Below, one piece after another: positions 30,854-41,525 of a DNA stretch of 64,000 nucleotides. The position numbers and the translations under genes were made by a program. Each line of letters starts with the position of its first letter. Position 1 is the first letter of the stretch. This stretch comes from an uncultured Verrucomicrobiae bacterium (lineage in GTDB: Bacteria > Verrucomicrobiota > Verrucomicrobiia > Chthoniobacterales > Chthoniobacteraceae), in assembly GCA_963828525.1 (NCBI GenBank), contig CAWHEP010000008.1:448001-512000 (forward strand), given 5' to 3'. The notes below the pieces were generated by a model, which was not told where the DNA came from, did no database searches, and saw nothing but the letters and a program-made list of their open reading frames with translations.

Positions 30854-32224
30854 CTAGTATAGCTGCGTCGGCTGTCCCGTGCTCTCAAGCACGGAGTGCC
30901 AGAGCTCGCTCTTCGCGTCCAGCTTGCGCCGTCCCTGGGTAACAAGCGCGATGGGGAGGTGAACGAACGTTCCGTGCCAGCGGCCCACAACCATCCCGGT
31001 CTTGCCCGCCATCGCGGCATGCACCGCGTTCTGAGCAAGCCTGGAGCAGTAAACATTGTCCTGCGGCGAAGCGGGAATGCTGCGGATGGTATAGCTCGGA
31101 TCAATGTATTTCAAGGTAACCGCCGTATTCCTCTCCTTGAAAAATTCTGTGATGCTGTCCTTTAGAAGCAGCCCGATATCGCCCATTTTCTTGTTGCCGG
31201 ACGCGTCCGTGCCCGTCGAATCCATGAGGTGCTGCCCCGCGCCTTCCGCGACGACGATGACAGCATGCTTTCGCTGCGCGACGCGATAGCGGAGAGCCTC
31301 AAGCAAGCCACGCGCGCCGTGCAGTTCGAAGGGAACTTCAGGGACCAGGACGAAGTTTACTTCGTTGCAGGCAAGGCTGGCGAAAGCGGCGATGAAACCT
31401 GAGTCGCGGCCCATCAGCTTCACAAGTCCTATTCCATTCATGACCCCGATCGCCTCAGTGTGCGCGCAATCCAGCGCGTTCACCGCCTCCGCGAACGCCG
31501 ATTCGAACCCAAAGCTCTTGTCCAGGAACATGATGTCATTGTCGATCGTCTTTGGGATGCCCACCACAGCCTTGCGCAAACCTCGATTACGAATCTCAAG
31601 GGTCAAATCTCCTGCTCCTCTCAACGTCCCATCCCCGCCGACCACAAAGAAAAGATCGATCCCCATTTCCTCAAGGGTATCAACCATATCCGAAGCGCTT
31701 TGTGGCCCGCGCGAGGAGCCAAGAATCGTCCCGCCCAACGTGTGGATATTGGAAACCGACTCCGGGCGCAGGTTCATCGGGATATGACCATAGCTGGGAA
31801 TCAGCCCCTCGTAACCATACCGGAACCCGTAGATGGTGCTGACGTGATACCGATGGAATAGCGCCATGACCAAGGCGCGGATAACATCGTTTAATCCCGG
31901 ACAAAGGCCCCCGCAGGTGACGATTGCCGCTGTGGCGCGCGAGCCGTTGAAGAATACTTTCTCGCGGGGTCCCGCCTGCTCGAAGGTGATTGGCTCCCGG
32001 CCTTGGGCGGCGCATTCATGATAAGCCGCGAGAGAGTCATCCCAAAGAACGCGATCCGCATCGGTACGGAATCTCACCTCCTCCTGGCCCGCGCGAGCGA
32101 GCGGAGAACGGATGGCACACTCACCCAGCGATGGAATGGCAGTTTCGATCACCGGGAGTTCGTGATATTCGGGAAGGCACTTCAAAGCAAGAAGAAGATG
32201 TGGAGCATCCCAAACCCTTCGCAA
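30854..32224 (-). CDS. pfkA: 6-phosphofructokinase, probably ATP-dependent group X type (start uncertain)
   Basis: TCGGLCPGLN, GGTILGSSRG, GGDGT, PKTIDND, KLMGRDSGFIA, KYIDPSYTIRS. Confidence 0.92.
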   Translation of the reverse strand: MRRVWDAPHLLLALKCLPEYHELPVIETAIPSLGECAIRSPLARAGQEEVRFRTDADRVLWDDSLAAYHECAAQGREPITFEQAGPREKVFFNGSRATAAIVTCGGLCPGLNDVIRALVMALFHRYHVSTIYGFRYGYEGLIPSYGHIPMNLRPESVSNIHTLGGTILGSSRGPQSASDMVDTLEEMGIDLFFVVGGDGTLRGAGDLTLEIRNRGLRKAVVGIPKTIDNDIMFLDKSFGFESAFAEAVNALDCAHTEAIGVMNGIGLVKLMGRDSGFIAAFASLACNEVNFVLVPEVPFELHGARGLLEALRYRVAQRKHAVIVVAEGAGQHLMDSTGTDASGNKKMGDIGLLLKDSITEFFKERNTAVTLKYIDPSYTIRSIPASPQDNVYCSRLAQNAVHAAMAGKTGMVVGRWHGTFVHLPIALVTQGRRKLDAKSELWHSVLESTGQPTQLY

Positions 32225-32292
32225 AAATGGTTTTGCGTAGTGGCGCGGCTGCCTGACAGAATGGAAGCAGTCCCTTCACTTGTCCCAATACA

Positions 32293-32940
32293 ATGACGAA
32301 ATCTGAAATCATCGAACGCATCATCAATCCTGGCATCGTCGCGGTAATCCGCGCCGATTCATCGGAACAGCTCGTGGCGGTAACTCAGGCTCTTTACGAG
32401 GGCGGTGTGACGGGCATGGAAATTACAATGACAACGCCAAATGCCCTTCAGGTCATCAGCGAAGTCAGCAAGAAGATGGGATCGAAAATCCTGATGGGGG
32501 TCGGCACTGTGCTCGATACAGAGACGTGCCGCGCGGCAATCCTCGCGGGCGCGGAGTTCGTGGTGACGCCCGTGACAAGGCCAGAAGTGATCCGGCTTTG
32601 CAACCGCTACGGGAAGCCCATCGCGAGCGGCGCGTACACGCCCACGGAAGCTCTCCTCGCGCATGAATCAGGCGCCGATTTTATCAAGATCTTCCCGGCG
32701 GATCAGCTGGGGCCGACCTATATCAAAAACGTTCTTGCGCCCCTGCCGATGCTGCGAATCATCCCGACTGGGGGCGTGAGCGTCGAGACCGCCGCAAGCT
32801 TCATCAATGCGGGGTGCGCGGCTCTTGCCGCTGGATCGAGCCTTGTGAGCAAAGAGATACTAAAGAACAGCGACTGGAAAAAACTTACCGCGACCGCCGC
32901 GGCATTTGTCGAAGCCGTGAAAAAAGCCCGCGGGCTCTAG
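32293..32940 (+). CDS. eda: KDPG/KHG aldolase
   Basis: VAVIRA, MEITMT, GVGTVL, YTPTE, KIFPA, PTGGV. Confidence 0.93.
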   Translation: MTKSEIIERIINPGIVAVIRADSSEQLVAVTQALYEGGVTGMEITMTTPNALQVISEVSKKMGSKILMGVGTVLDTETCRAAILAGAEFVVTPVTRPEVIRLCNRYGKPIASGAYTPTEALLAHESGADFIKIFPADQLGPTYIKNVLAPLPMLRIIPTGGVSVETAASFINAGCAALAAGSSLVSKEILKNSDWKKLTATAAAFVEAVKKARGL

Positions 32941-33240
32941 AGCGCTACCGACTGAGCTGCACGCCCGACAATTGCTCCCCGTTCCCGGAGGCAAAGTCGT
33001 CCTGAGAAAACATACTAAACATCAACCAAACCACCATTCCAAACGCCGCAATGGTGAGAAGTGCCAGGACGGTATGACCAAAGCGTCCCATCTTACTCCC
33101 AAGCTGAGTTTTCCCGGGGGACACAAGATACCGGCAGGAGGGGAAGCTGCTGGGGGGCTTCGAACGTCATGACAGGGGATAGACTCTAAAAAACCCCGGT
33201 CGCTTGCAATTGAAAAAGAAAACTTTGTACCGAATGCCGC

Positions 33241-33281
33241 TACAAACACAAAACGGCGTCAGGATTTCTCCTGACGCCGTT
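33241..33281 (-). terminator. Intrinsic terminator downstream of the secretin gene
   Basis: 13-bp stem AACGGCGTCAGGA-TTTC-TCCTGACGCCGTT followed by a T-rich tail on the minus strand. Confidence 0.75.
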
Positions 33282-33308
33282 GCGTTGCTTCTATCGATGA
33301 AAGAGCCG

Positions 33309-35085
33309 CTACTGACGGTCTGTCGTATCAACCTTGTAGTAACGGGAAACCTTGTCAGGGGCCATCGGCGTGCCAGGCGCTGGGTAATCGGCGGCGTTCT
33401 GACGGTAGGAGGTCGGGACAACGCGGATGGCGCCCTTTGCATTGTTGCGCCAGCCATTCGGATCCGCGAATTCGTTGCCTGAGTGGTGAACCCCCGTGAC
33501 CTGGTCCTCCAGACCGGTGCCATATCCTTGGTCGAGGATGGTCGGTGTGACAAACACGAGAAGGTTGCGCTTCGTGCGGGTGTTAAGATGCTCCTGGAAA
33601 GCATATCCTACAAACGGGAGGTCACCGAGGATAGGCACCTTGTTGGTCGTCTTGATTGTCTCGTCCTGAACAAGACCGCCTATCGCCAGAGTGTCGCCAC
33701 TCTTGATGAGAACGTTGGAATCCAGCGTGCGCTTGTCAATGATCGGGCTGGAGACCGTCGCGCCCGCAAAGTTGAAAGTCTCATCGCCAACCTTGTTGCT
33801 GATTTCGGGCTGCACGCTCAGTGTAATGAACCTGTCCTTGTTGATGATTGGCGTCACCACGAGTGTGTTGCCAAACTCCTTGTCCTGGAATCCCCCGAAC
33901 ACCGCCGTGGCTGTCTGCTCGTTAAAATTCAACTGTGGGACGGGTTGATTCTCGGTGATCTTGATTGTTGCCTTCTGGCCGTTCGCTGTGACGACACGGG
34001 GATTGGCGAGGAACTGCGCGTCTGAATCTTCATTCAGCAAGCGAAGGGTCACCGCCATGGATGGCACGTCCAGGATGGCAAGCTGACCCCCGATGGCGTT
34101 GAAGAACCCTTTGCCTAAAGTCCCACTTCGCAGAAAGTCCTGCGACTGTAGCACTTCCGTTCTGCGTGTTGATGGCGGGCACGGCTGTCAGAACATTAGG
34201 ACCTCCTGGGGTCGCGGGTATTCCGAAGGTTGCAGGGGTGCTGGCGCCATACTTGATGGTCTGAGGAGTTGAGGAACTGCCAAAAACGCCACCCCAGTTA
34301 ACACCGTAGCTTTGCTTGGGGTTCGCGGTTACTTCCACCAGCCGGGCCTCGATCATCACCTGCTTGGTCGGCATGTCGATGGTCTTCAGGAACATCATCA
34401 CGTTTGCAAGATTTGACTTCGTCTCCCGGAAGAAGACGGTGTTCGTGCGGCTGTCCATCTGGGGGTCGGCGCCACTCTGGAGTTGCGTCTTCAAGAGCGG
34501 AGCAGCTTTGTCTACCATCGCATAGCTGAATGTGTAGAAGGCGCTATCTGTGGGTTCCTTCAGCTTTTCTTCCTGCGTCTTTACATAGTAGACGCCATCG
34601 GTCTGCTCAACGATCAGGCCCTTGGAGTTGCAGATGATCTTGATAGTCTCCAATGGGGTTTTGTTCTCCAGCCGCATCGTGACCGTTCCCACGATCTTTT
34701 CGCTGACAACGAGGTCAACCTTGGCCTGGCGCGCCAGGAGACGCAGGACTTGCGCGATGTCATCTCCTTGGAATTCGTTTAGTGATCTGCCGGAGGCGGC
34801 GAGCGTGGTCAGAGCCGGCGCGGATGCGGCAGGTGAAGATCCCGGGGCGCCCGGCTGCGCGCTGGAGGCGACGACTGGGTCAATCGGGGCGGGCTGCTCA
34901 GGAGTAGCTCCTGTGCCGGTTGTGGCGGCGACCGCCGCGGCGGGCGGAGAGACGGGCGCAACAGTGAAAGAAGGGGATGCCGAGGCCGCGGGAGGAGCGG
35001 GGGAAACGGCGGCTGGCGTAGTCTCTTGGGCTTGAGCCGTCGAGAGAGCGCACAAGGCAATGATGATAGGATAGGATTTGTGCAT
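33309..35085 (-). CDS. Secretin, PilQ/GspD family (apparent frameshift near 34150)
   Basis: Signal peptide, Ala/Pro linker, QVMIEARLVEV, LANPRVVT, GDTLAIGGL, KVPILGDLP, LLVFVTPTI. Confidence 0.9.
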
Positions 35086-35138
35086 GGTAGCTTTCCGATT
35101 TCTGGGTTATGAGCCTAGAAAGCAGGAAACAGACCAGC

Positions 35139-35813
35139 CTACGGAAATTTGAGAGTCTCGCTTGCGGCTCTGGTGGCTGCAATAAAGTCCGCCATGGATC
35201 GCCAGTCCTTCAGCCCTGGCCCGGACTCCACACCAGAAGCGACATCCACGGCATAGGGATGGAATCTTTGGACAAGAGCGGCAACATTGCCGGGGCGCAA
35301 GCCGCCCGAAAGGATCAATCGAATGTGTGGGTGCCGCTTCACAAGTCTCTCGACAAGCGACGTGTCAATCAACTCTCCCGTTCCGCCGAATCCACGGGGA
35401 GTGAACGAATCCACGAGAATCGCGCCGGCCGAAAACTCTTCCAAGAGGTCAACCGAGGCCGCATTTTCGAGCGCGATGGCTTTGATGAATGGAACTCCGC
35501 GATCAGCCAAAGCACGGCAAAACGCTGGAGACTCGTCTCCGTGCAGTTGAATGAGATCGATGAATGATAGGGCGGAGATGGACTCCACCTGAGCTAACGT
35601 GGAATTCACAACGACAGCAACCTTCGTCACCAAAGGCGCAACGCGCGACAGCCATGCCGATTCACGCTCGAGATCGATATAGCGTTTCGAACCGGGCCAT
35701 GTATTGAATCCAAGCGCGTCTGCTCCCAACGCCACTGCCGCATCCGCATCCGCCCTGTTGGTGATCCCGCAAATCTTTACCCGCGTTCGAAGCGGCAGGT
35801 CAGGAAGCGTCAT
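35139..35813 (-). CDS. trpF: Phosphoribosylanthranilate isomerase
   Basis: RVKICGIT, IQLHGDE, GGTG, LSGGL, VDVASGVE. Confidence 0.96.
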   Translation of the reverse strand: MTLPDLPLRTRVKICGITNRADADAAVALGADALGFNTWPGSKRYIDLERESAWLSRVAPLVTKVAVVVNSTLAQVESISALSFIDLIQLHGDESPAFCRALADRGVPFIKAIALENAASVDLLEEFSAGAILVDSFTPRGFGGTGELIDTSLVERLVKRHPHIRLILSGGLRPGNVAALVQRFHPYAVDVASGVESGPGLKDWRSMADFIAATRAASETLKFP

Positions 35814-36583
35814 TGAGAGTGAGCGCCGGGCTGGCGATCCGCTCCGGGGAAGACAAGATTCGGGACATCCCTGACAAGCCGCACCAAACCATCCTGCCAT
35901 TTCGCGCGGACTTGCAGCATATAGGGATCGTCTTCTTCCAGGCGGTAGCGGTACTTGATTTCGAACGAATCTTTTTCGTAACAGAACACGTCAAAAGGAG
36001 TGCCGACAGAAACATTGCTTTTCATGGTCGCCTCCAAGGAGAGGACGCCAAACTTTACCGCTTCAATGAGAGACGTGTCGTAAGCGAACCCGCGATCCAA
36101 AAGCGGTTTTCCGTATTTGAACTCACCAATTTGCAGAAAGGGAGAATCATGATCCGCGTGCATGGCGTTACCTTGCGGATAGACGCGAAATATTTGGGGT
36201 GACGAGCCAATGATCTGGCCTCCCATTAGGAAATTCACGTCGAAGTTGTAGCCATCCTTCTCAAGCGCATCACGATCAAGCGCCGCGACTTCGCGAACCT
36301 TCATCCCGAGGTAGCGGGCAGTTTCGTAGAGGCTGATCTGGTTCAATAGATGCGGGATGGCAGGATCTGATTCCGCGCGAAGTGTCTCCTCCTCAACATG
36401 AGCTATAACGGCTTGGGAGAGCGAGAGATTGCCTGAGGTCATCAGGCAAAGGATGCGCTCGCCGGGCTTTCCATAAATGCGAAGCTTGGGGTGGATGGTG
36501 ATGTTATCCATGCCCGCGCTCGTGCGCGAGTCGGAGACAAAGACAAGACCCTCCCGGCAGAGAAGGCTGAGGCAGTAAGTCAT
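35810..36583 (-). CDS. Anbu / proteasome-type Ntn protease
   Basis: MTYC start (Thr1), SDSRTSAGMD, SGNLS, GGQI, YPQGN, QIGEFKYGKP, TMKSNVSVG. Confidence 0.9.
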   Translation of the reverse strand: MTYCLSLLCREGLVFVSDSRTSAGMDNITIHPKLRIYGKPGERILCLMTSGNLSLSQAVIAHVEEETLRAESDPAIPHLLNQISLYETARYLGMKVREVAALDRDALEKDGYNFDVNFLMGGQIIGSSPQIFRVYPQGNAMHADHDSPFLQIGEFKYGKPLLDRGFAYDTSLIEAVKFGVLSLEATMKSNVSVGTPFDVFCYEKDSFEIKYRYRLEEDDPYMLQVRAKWQDGLVRLVRDVPNLVFPGADRQPGAHSQ

Positions 36584-36619
36584 CGACGAAAGAAGATCGA
36601 CTTAGGTAACGGAAACGCC

Positions 36620-37030
36620 TCAAACATCAATGACCCTGCCGCTTACATTCTTGATTTGGTCATGGTGGGTAAGTATCCGCACCCTTCCGTCACTTCCCCG
36701 GAAAAAAGCGCTAAGCAACCAACTCACCAGTGAGATGATGAGGGAGCCGAAGAAAGCCGCGTGAAAGCTGTCGACGAAAAATCCGGGAACCAGACCCGCA
36801 ACCAGATAGAGCATCAGCGCGTTTACGATGAGGATGAAAAATCCCAGTGTGAGGAGAATGAGAGGCAAACTCAGGAGCAGAAGAACGGGGCGGATAAGGG
36901 CGTTTACGATACCAAGAAAAAGGGCGGCAAGCGCCAGCGAGGCAATCCCCGAAGCGTGGATGCCGGGAAGCTGGGCAGCGACAAGAACCGCCACCGTGGT
37001 GATGACCCATCGTGTTACAAAAGCTTTCAT
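36620..37030 (-). CDS. 4-TM membrane protein, YvlD/phage-holin-like family
   Basis: LGIVNALIRP..LPLILLTLGFF..IVNA, AFFGSLIIS. Confidence 0.85.
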   Translation of the reverse strand: MKAFVTRWVITTVAVLVAAQLPGIHASGIASLALAALFLGIVNALIRPVLLLLSLPLILLTLGFFILIVNALMLYLVAGLVPGFFVDSFHAAFFGSLIISLVSWLLSAFFRGSDGRVRILTHHDQIKNVSGRVIDV

Positions 37031-37103
37031 TTTGAAACAATTCTCTCTTTTCGATTTACTGACGAGTTCAAAGCGGTATTATCCGCCAAAAATCTGACAT
37101 CAC

Positions 37104-37446
37104 ATGGGGAAAAAGAAAGATTCATCCAAGAAGGTCGACGTAAAGACGGAGGAAATCGCGGAGGCGGTTCCGAAGAGCAAGGCTAAGAAGGTCGGTTCCA
37201 AGGAGGCCCCGGCCGACGGCTCCTGCCCCCGCTCCGGTGACCGGCAAGGCGTCGAAAACGGCAAAGAAGCCAGTGGCGACGAAAGCTGCATTCTCAATCG
37301 CTGACATCTCACTGCGCGCTTATTTCATTTCGGAAAAAAGACGGCAGCACGGAATTCATGGTACTGAACACCAAGACTGGGTGGAGGCCGAACGACAGTT
37401 GAAAGCCGAGCAGAAAAAAAAGGCGACTGCCAAACGCGCCAAGTAG
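37104..37446 (+). CDS. Lys/Ala-rich protein with C-terminal DUF2934-like domain (apparent frameshift near 37220)
   Basis: Basic low-complexity N-terminus; ISLRAYFISEKR...DWVEAERQL. Confidence 0.7.
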
Positions 37447-37461
37447 GGCGCCTTCTCCCGC

Positions 37462-37893
37462 TCAGCAAAATTGCGAGACCCTCTCTAGCAGCCGTTCGAT
37501 ACTGAAGGGCTTCGCAAGAAGGCCCCGCACACCTGGCTGACGCAGCAACTCCTGCGCTCTCTTCTGAGAGGCGTTGCCAGACATCAGGATCAGAGGGGGC
37601 AGCTTGTGGCCAGCAGGGGCGGCGATGCCATGCACCTTGGCAAGGAGTGAGTATAATAGAGCTCCGTCAATCGATGGCATCGAGAAGTCGAAAATGAGAA
37701 GATCGTATTGCTTCTTGAGAACGAGCTCAAACGCGTACTCGGGGTTTGGTGTTGTATCCACCTCGTAGTGAAGCAGAGCACTGAGCGATTCGCGCAGGAG
37801 CCGAAGAATGGAAACATCATCATCGACCACGAGGATCTTCTTACCGGGAGTAGCCACAGGTTCCCGATTAGGGAAATGAGCGCAGGCTGGCAA
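37462..37893 (-). CDS. Single-domain response regulator (start may be near 37857)
   Basis: KILVVDDD, LIFDFSMP, LMSG, LAKPF. Confidence 0.88.
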   Translation of the reverse strand: MPACAHFPNREPVATPGKKILVVDDDVSILRLLRESLSALLHYEVDTTPNPEYAFELVLKKQYDLLIFDFSMPSIDGALLYSLLAKVHGIAAPAGHKLPPLILMSGNASQKRAQELLRQPGVRGLLAKPFSIERLLERVSQFC

Positions 37894-37952
37894 GGGTAAA
37901 GCGCGAAAAGATGGAGGCTGGACAAGCCGCCGGGCTCGGGCAGTTTACAAAG

Positions 37953-38195
37953 ATGGAACGGAACCTTTTCGACGACCTGCGAGCAGCTCTGAAAGAACGT
38001 CTGTTGGTGATCGGCGACAAGGAGGCGCGGGAATCCAATCCGACCGCGCATCTTGAGCGGCTGAAGACGGCATCGCAGGCGATATCGAAGCTTCAGGCGG
38101 AATTGCCCAAAGACGCCGACGCGCGGCTACGGCACTACCTGGATCGATGCAGCTACGACAAAGCGCTCGAATGGATCGACGCTTACCGCGAGTAG
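37953..38195 (+). CDS. Small helical hypothetical protein
   Basis: 80-aa ORF filling the gap before rpsD, protein-like composition; convergent with rpsD and overlapping its end by 13 bp. Confidence 0.6.
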   Translation: MERNLFDDLRAALKERLLVIGDKEARESNPTAHLERLKTASQAISKLQAELPKDADARLRHYLDRCSYDKALEWIDAYRE

Positions 38196-38794
38196 AGCTC
38201 GACGACGAGTTGCTCGTTGACGATCGGCTGAATCTCGTCCCGGGATGGGATGTGAGCAACCTGTCCGGAGAACTGATCCTTGTTCAAGGTCAGCCAGTCA
38301 GGCACCGGTGTGATCTGAGTCAACTCGAGGTATTTTGAGGCCAGCCTTCTTGAACCCGGCTTCTCCTTGACTACGATCGTATCGCCGACTCTTACATTGT
38401 AGGAGGAAACGTTCACCTTGCGTCCGTTCACAGTGACATGCCCGTGGGAAACCATCTGGCGGGCGGCGCTGCGCGAGTTGGCAAAACCGAGCCGAAAAAC
38501 GACGTTATCGAGCCGCGTTTCCAAGAGCTGGAGGAGCGTCTCACCAGTAACACCACGGCGATGCAACGCGGTCTGAAAATAGCGGCGGAACTGGCGCTCC
38601 AGAAGGCCATATTGGTAGCGAAGCTTCTGCTTCTCCGCGAGCGCGAGCGCGTAGTCGGACAGCTTGCGGCGCGACCCCTTGGGGCCATGCATGCCTGGGC
38701 CGTAATTCTTGCGCTCAAGAGCCTTGGAAGGCCCAAAGATGGGAACTCCGTACCTGCGGCTGATCTTTGTTTTGGGGCCAGTATAGCGTGCCAT
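38183..38794 (-). CDS. rpsD: 30S ribosomal protein S4
   Basis: MARYTGP, EKQK, LETRLDNVV, QLVVELYSR. Confidence 0.98.
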   Translation of the reverse strand: MARYTGPKTKISRRYGVPIFGPSKALERKNYGPGMHGPKGSRRKLSDYALALAEKQKLRYQYGLLERQFRRYFQTALHRRGVTGETLLQLLETRLDNVVFRLGFANSRSAARQMVSHGHVTVNGRKVNVSSYNVRVGDTIVVKEKPGSRRLASKYLELTQITPVPDWLTLNKDQFSGQVAHIPSRDEIQPIVNEQLVVELYSR

Positions 38795-38809
38795 ATTCTT
38801 TTCTTTGGG

Positions 38810-39472
38810 TCAGACTCTTCGTTGTTTGGGCGGGCGGCACCCGTTATGAGGCACAGGGGTGACATCGCGAATGACAGTAATGTCGAGGCCGATTGCCTGG
38901 AGGGCGCGGACGGCAGATTCCCTGCCAGCTCCTGGACCCTTCACTCGCACTTCCACTTCCTTAAGACCATGGCCCATCGCCTGGCGACAGGCATCCTGCG
39001 CAACCATCTGAGCCGCGTAAGCGGTGCTTTTCCGCGACCCTTTGAAACCGACTTTGCCCGCGCTCGACCAACCGATGACACCGCCGTTTTGGTCGGTGAT
39101 CGTGACGATTGTATTATTAAAGGTCGCCAGAACGTGAGCAATGCCGCTATGCACATTCTTGCTGCCCTTCGCCTTGATGATCTTCAGTGGCTCCAAACCG
39201 CCATCCAAGGAAAGGTTTTCCTTTTTTGGCTCTTCAGGAGCGGCCGCTTCCTTTTTGGCCTTGGCAGCTTTCGGAGCAGCGGGTTTTGGAGTCTCGACCG
39301 TGGCCGCGACAGGAGCGGCTTCTACGGCGGGCGCTTCCGGGGCTGCTGACGAGGGAGCCGCTTCCGCTTGAGTATCCGCCGCCACCTCAACGTTGGCGGG
39401 AGCCGGAGCTGGCGCCACTGTTTCCGTCTCGGCGGAGGCAGCAGGTTTCTTGGATTTGGATTTTTCGGGCAT
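38810..39472 (-). CDS. rpsK: 30S ribosomal protein S11 with long N-terminal extension
   Basis: [34 protein letters not shown]. Confidence 0.97.
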   Translation of the reverse strand: MPEKSKSKKPAASAETETVAPAPAPANVEVAADTQAEAAPSSAAPEAPAVEAAPVAATVETPKPAAPKAAKAKKEAAAPEEPKKENLSLDGGLEPLKIIKAKGSKNVHSGIAHVLATFNNTIVTITDQNGGVIGWSSAGKVGFKGSRKSTAYAAQMVAQDACRQAMGHGLKEVEVRVKGPGAGRESAVRALQAIGLDITVIRDVTPVPHNGCRPPKQRRV

Positions 39473-39483
39473 AAGCTTAGGGC

Positions 39484-39879
39484 CTAGACTTTTCCTGTCT
39501 TCGCATCCTTGTTGCGGACGACGCCAACAGTCTTGCGCGGTCCTTTGCGCGTCCGGGCATTTGTCGAAGTTCTCTGTCCGCGAACCGGAAGGCTGCGCCG
39601 ATGGCGTATGCCGCGGTAGCAGTTGATGGCCTGGAGACGCTTGAGGTTGCCCTGGAGATCGCGGCGAAGATCGCCTTCGATAAGGATCTTGCTCGCGGTG
39701 ATCATCTGAATGATCTGATTGAGCTGCTCGGGAGAGAGATCCTTCGCCCGCATATTTGGGTCGATGTTCACGCGCTCCAAAATGCCTTTCGCAGTGCTGG
39801 GTCCAATTCCATAAATATATGGAAGTGACGCTTCGATTCGCTTGTCGCCTGGTATCTCAACTCCTAATAAACGCGGCAT
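39484..39879 (-). CDS. rpsM: 30S ribosomal protein S13
   Basis: [33 protein letters not shown]. Confidence 0.98.
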   Translation of the reverse strand: MPRLLGVEIPGDKRIEASLPYIYGIGPSTAKGILERVNIDPNMRAKDLSPEQLNQIIQMITASKILIEGDLRRDLQGNLKRLQAINCYRGIRHRRSLPVRGQRTSTNARTRKGPRKTVGVVRNKDAKTGKV

Positions 39880-39883
39880 AATC

Positions 39884-39997
39884 TTATCCTTGTCTCTGCT
39901 TGTGACGGGCATTCTTGCAAATGACGCGGACGACATTGCCGCGCTTTACAATCTTGCAATCTTCGCAAAGTCTTTTCACTGAGGCTCTTACTTTCAT
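39884..39997 (-). CDS. rpmJ: 50S ribosomal protein L36 (not in the ORF track)
   Basis: Manual translation [37 protein letters not shown]. Confidence 0.97.
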   Translation of the reverse strand: MKVRASVKRLCEDCKIVKRGNVVRVICKNARHKQRQG

Positions 39998-40104
39998 GTT
40001 TTTTACAATGGCCGGAACCTGATCCGGCCTTTCGGAAATTTGTGGGGAATCATCTGTAGCATAAGTTTAAAGTCTGGCAAGAAACGAATGGAGGAATGGA
40101 CAAA

Positions 40105-40869
40105 TTACCTTGAGATCGCCTTCTCACGCCATGTCAGAATTTCCGGCTCGAGTTTCGTGACCAAAACCGTGTGTTCGAAATGTGAGGAAGGCTGTTGGTC
40201 CGCGCTGACGACGGTCCATCCATCACTCAGGATTTTTACAGCGCTGGCGCCCATGTTTACCATCGGTTCAATGGCGAGCACCATTCCCGCCTTCAAACGA
40301 GGACCGCTGCCGCGCTTCCCGTAATTTGGAATCTGTGGTTCCTCGTGAAGCTTGCGCCCGACGCCATGACCCACGAATTCGCGCACTACGCTATATCCAT
40401 TTGCAACAACCTCTTCCTCGATAGAGGCGCAGAGATCGCCCAGACGGCGCCCTTCGCAGGCGTGGGTAATGGCAATCCGCAGAGCTTCTTGGGTGACCGT
40501 GAGCAAGCGCTGCACTTTGGGATCGATGACACCCACAGGCACCGTGGTCGCGGTATCACCCACCCAACCGTCCTGAATCACCCCTATGTCCAGCTTCACT
40601 ATGTCTCCATACTGGATCTTTCGCCGGCCACCGATCCCGTGAACGACCTCTTCATTGATGGAAATACAGATATTCCCGGGAAATCCGCGATAGCCCAGAA
40701 AGGCGCTTTTGCATCGCGATTCAGCCATGAACGTGGCGGCAGCCTCATCCACCTCTCCGGTAGTGACCCCGGGACAGACTACGCTGGAAACACGCTCTAG
40801 AATGGCGCTCGCGGTCTGGCACGAAGCGCGCATCTTCTCGACTTCACGCTCTGACTTGATCGGGATCAT
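40105..40869 (-). CDS. map: Methionine aminopeptidase type I
   Basis: CISINEEVVHGI, GHGVG..LHEEP, AIEPM, HFEHT. Confidence 0.97.
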   Translation of the reverse strand: MIPIKSEREVEKMRASCQTASAILERVSSVVCPGVTTGEVDEAAATFMAESRCKSAFLGYRGFPGNICISINEEVVHGIGGRRKIQYGDIVKLDIGVIQDGWVGDTATTVPVGVIDPKVQRLLTVTQEALRIAITHACEGRRLGDLCASIEEEVVANGYSVVREFVGHGVGRKLHEEPQIPNYGKRGSGPRLKAGMVLAIEPMVNMGASAVKILSDGWTVVSADQQPSSHFEHTVLVTKLEPEILTWREKAISR

Positions 40870-41525
40870 TCTCTCGTAAGAACGTTGGAGAACAGGTTAA
40901 AGACGGCGTCAGGAGACTGATCGGCCTCAATAACATCCAGGAGGCCGGCTTTGCGGTAGTGGTCGAGAACAGGTTCATTTTTCTCGCTAAACTCCCGCAT
41001 GCGAACCTGCAAGGCATCGGCATTATCATCCGGTCGACGAGCCAGCACGTCCCCACAGCGCGGGCATGGGGAACCCTGTCCGCTTACCTGCCAGCCGACA
41101 GCAACTACGTTACCGCACGCCACGCACACCAAGCGACGCTCGATTCTCCGGCGAACGGTATCAGCGCCGACGGAAAGGAAAACCGCCGCATTAATGGGCA
41201 AATTGGGAGGCGCCAGCAACTCATCCAGGGCAACGGCCTGATTAATTGATCTCGGGAAACCGTCAAACAGGAAACACCCGTCGTTCCTCGCTAGCCATTT
41301 CCTGACAACCTCAATGACGAGTTCGTCAGGCGCGAGAAAGCCGGCGGCTGTGAAAGCAGCCGCTTCCAACCCCAGCTTTGTTCCAGCTCGCTTCTCTTCG
41401 CGAAGGATGGCGCCGGGTGAAGCGGACTCGATGTGAAAAGCGTTCTTGATCATCTCCGCTTGGGTGCCCTTGCCCGACGCGGGCGGCCCCAGTAGAACGA
41501 CCCGGGTTTTTAGCGCCGATCTCAA
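40866..41525 (-). CDS. adk: Adenylate kinase with Zn-type LID (TTG start overlapping secY stop inferred)
   Basis: LLGPPASGKGTQA, DGFPR, CVACG..CPRCG, RPDD. Confidence 0.93.
   Translation of the reverse strand: MRSALKTRVVLLGPPASGKGTQAEMIKNAFHIESASPGAILREEKRAGTKLGLEAAAFTAAGFLAPDELVIEVVRKWLARNDGCFLFDGFPRSINQAVALDELLAPPNLPINAAVFLSVGADTVRRRIERRLVCVACGNVVAVGWQVSGQGSPCPRCGDVLARRPDDNADALQVRMREFSEKNEPVLDHYRKAGLLDVIEADQSPDAVFNLFSNVLTRE

Noticed and set aside
32941..33240. Possible ncRNA or tRNA in the eda-secretin gap
   Set aside because: No cloverleaf or recognisable RNA family motif; only the terminator hairpin is supported.
36620..37030. Holin-like gene as evidence of a prophage
   Set aside because: YvlD-type 4-TM proteins are common chromosomal genes and no phage genes are nearby.
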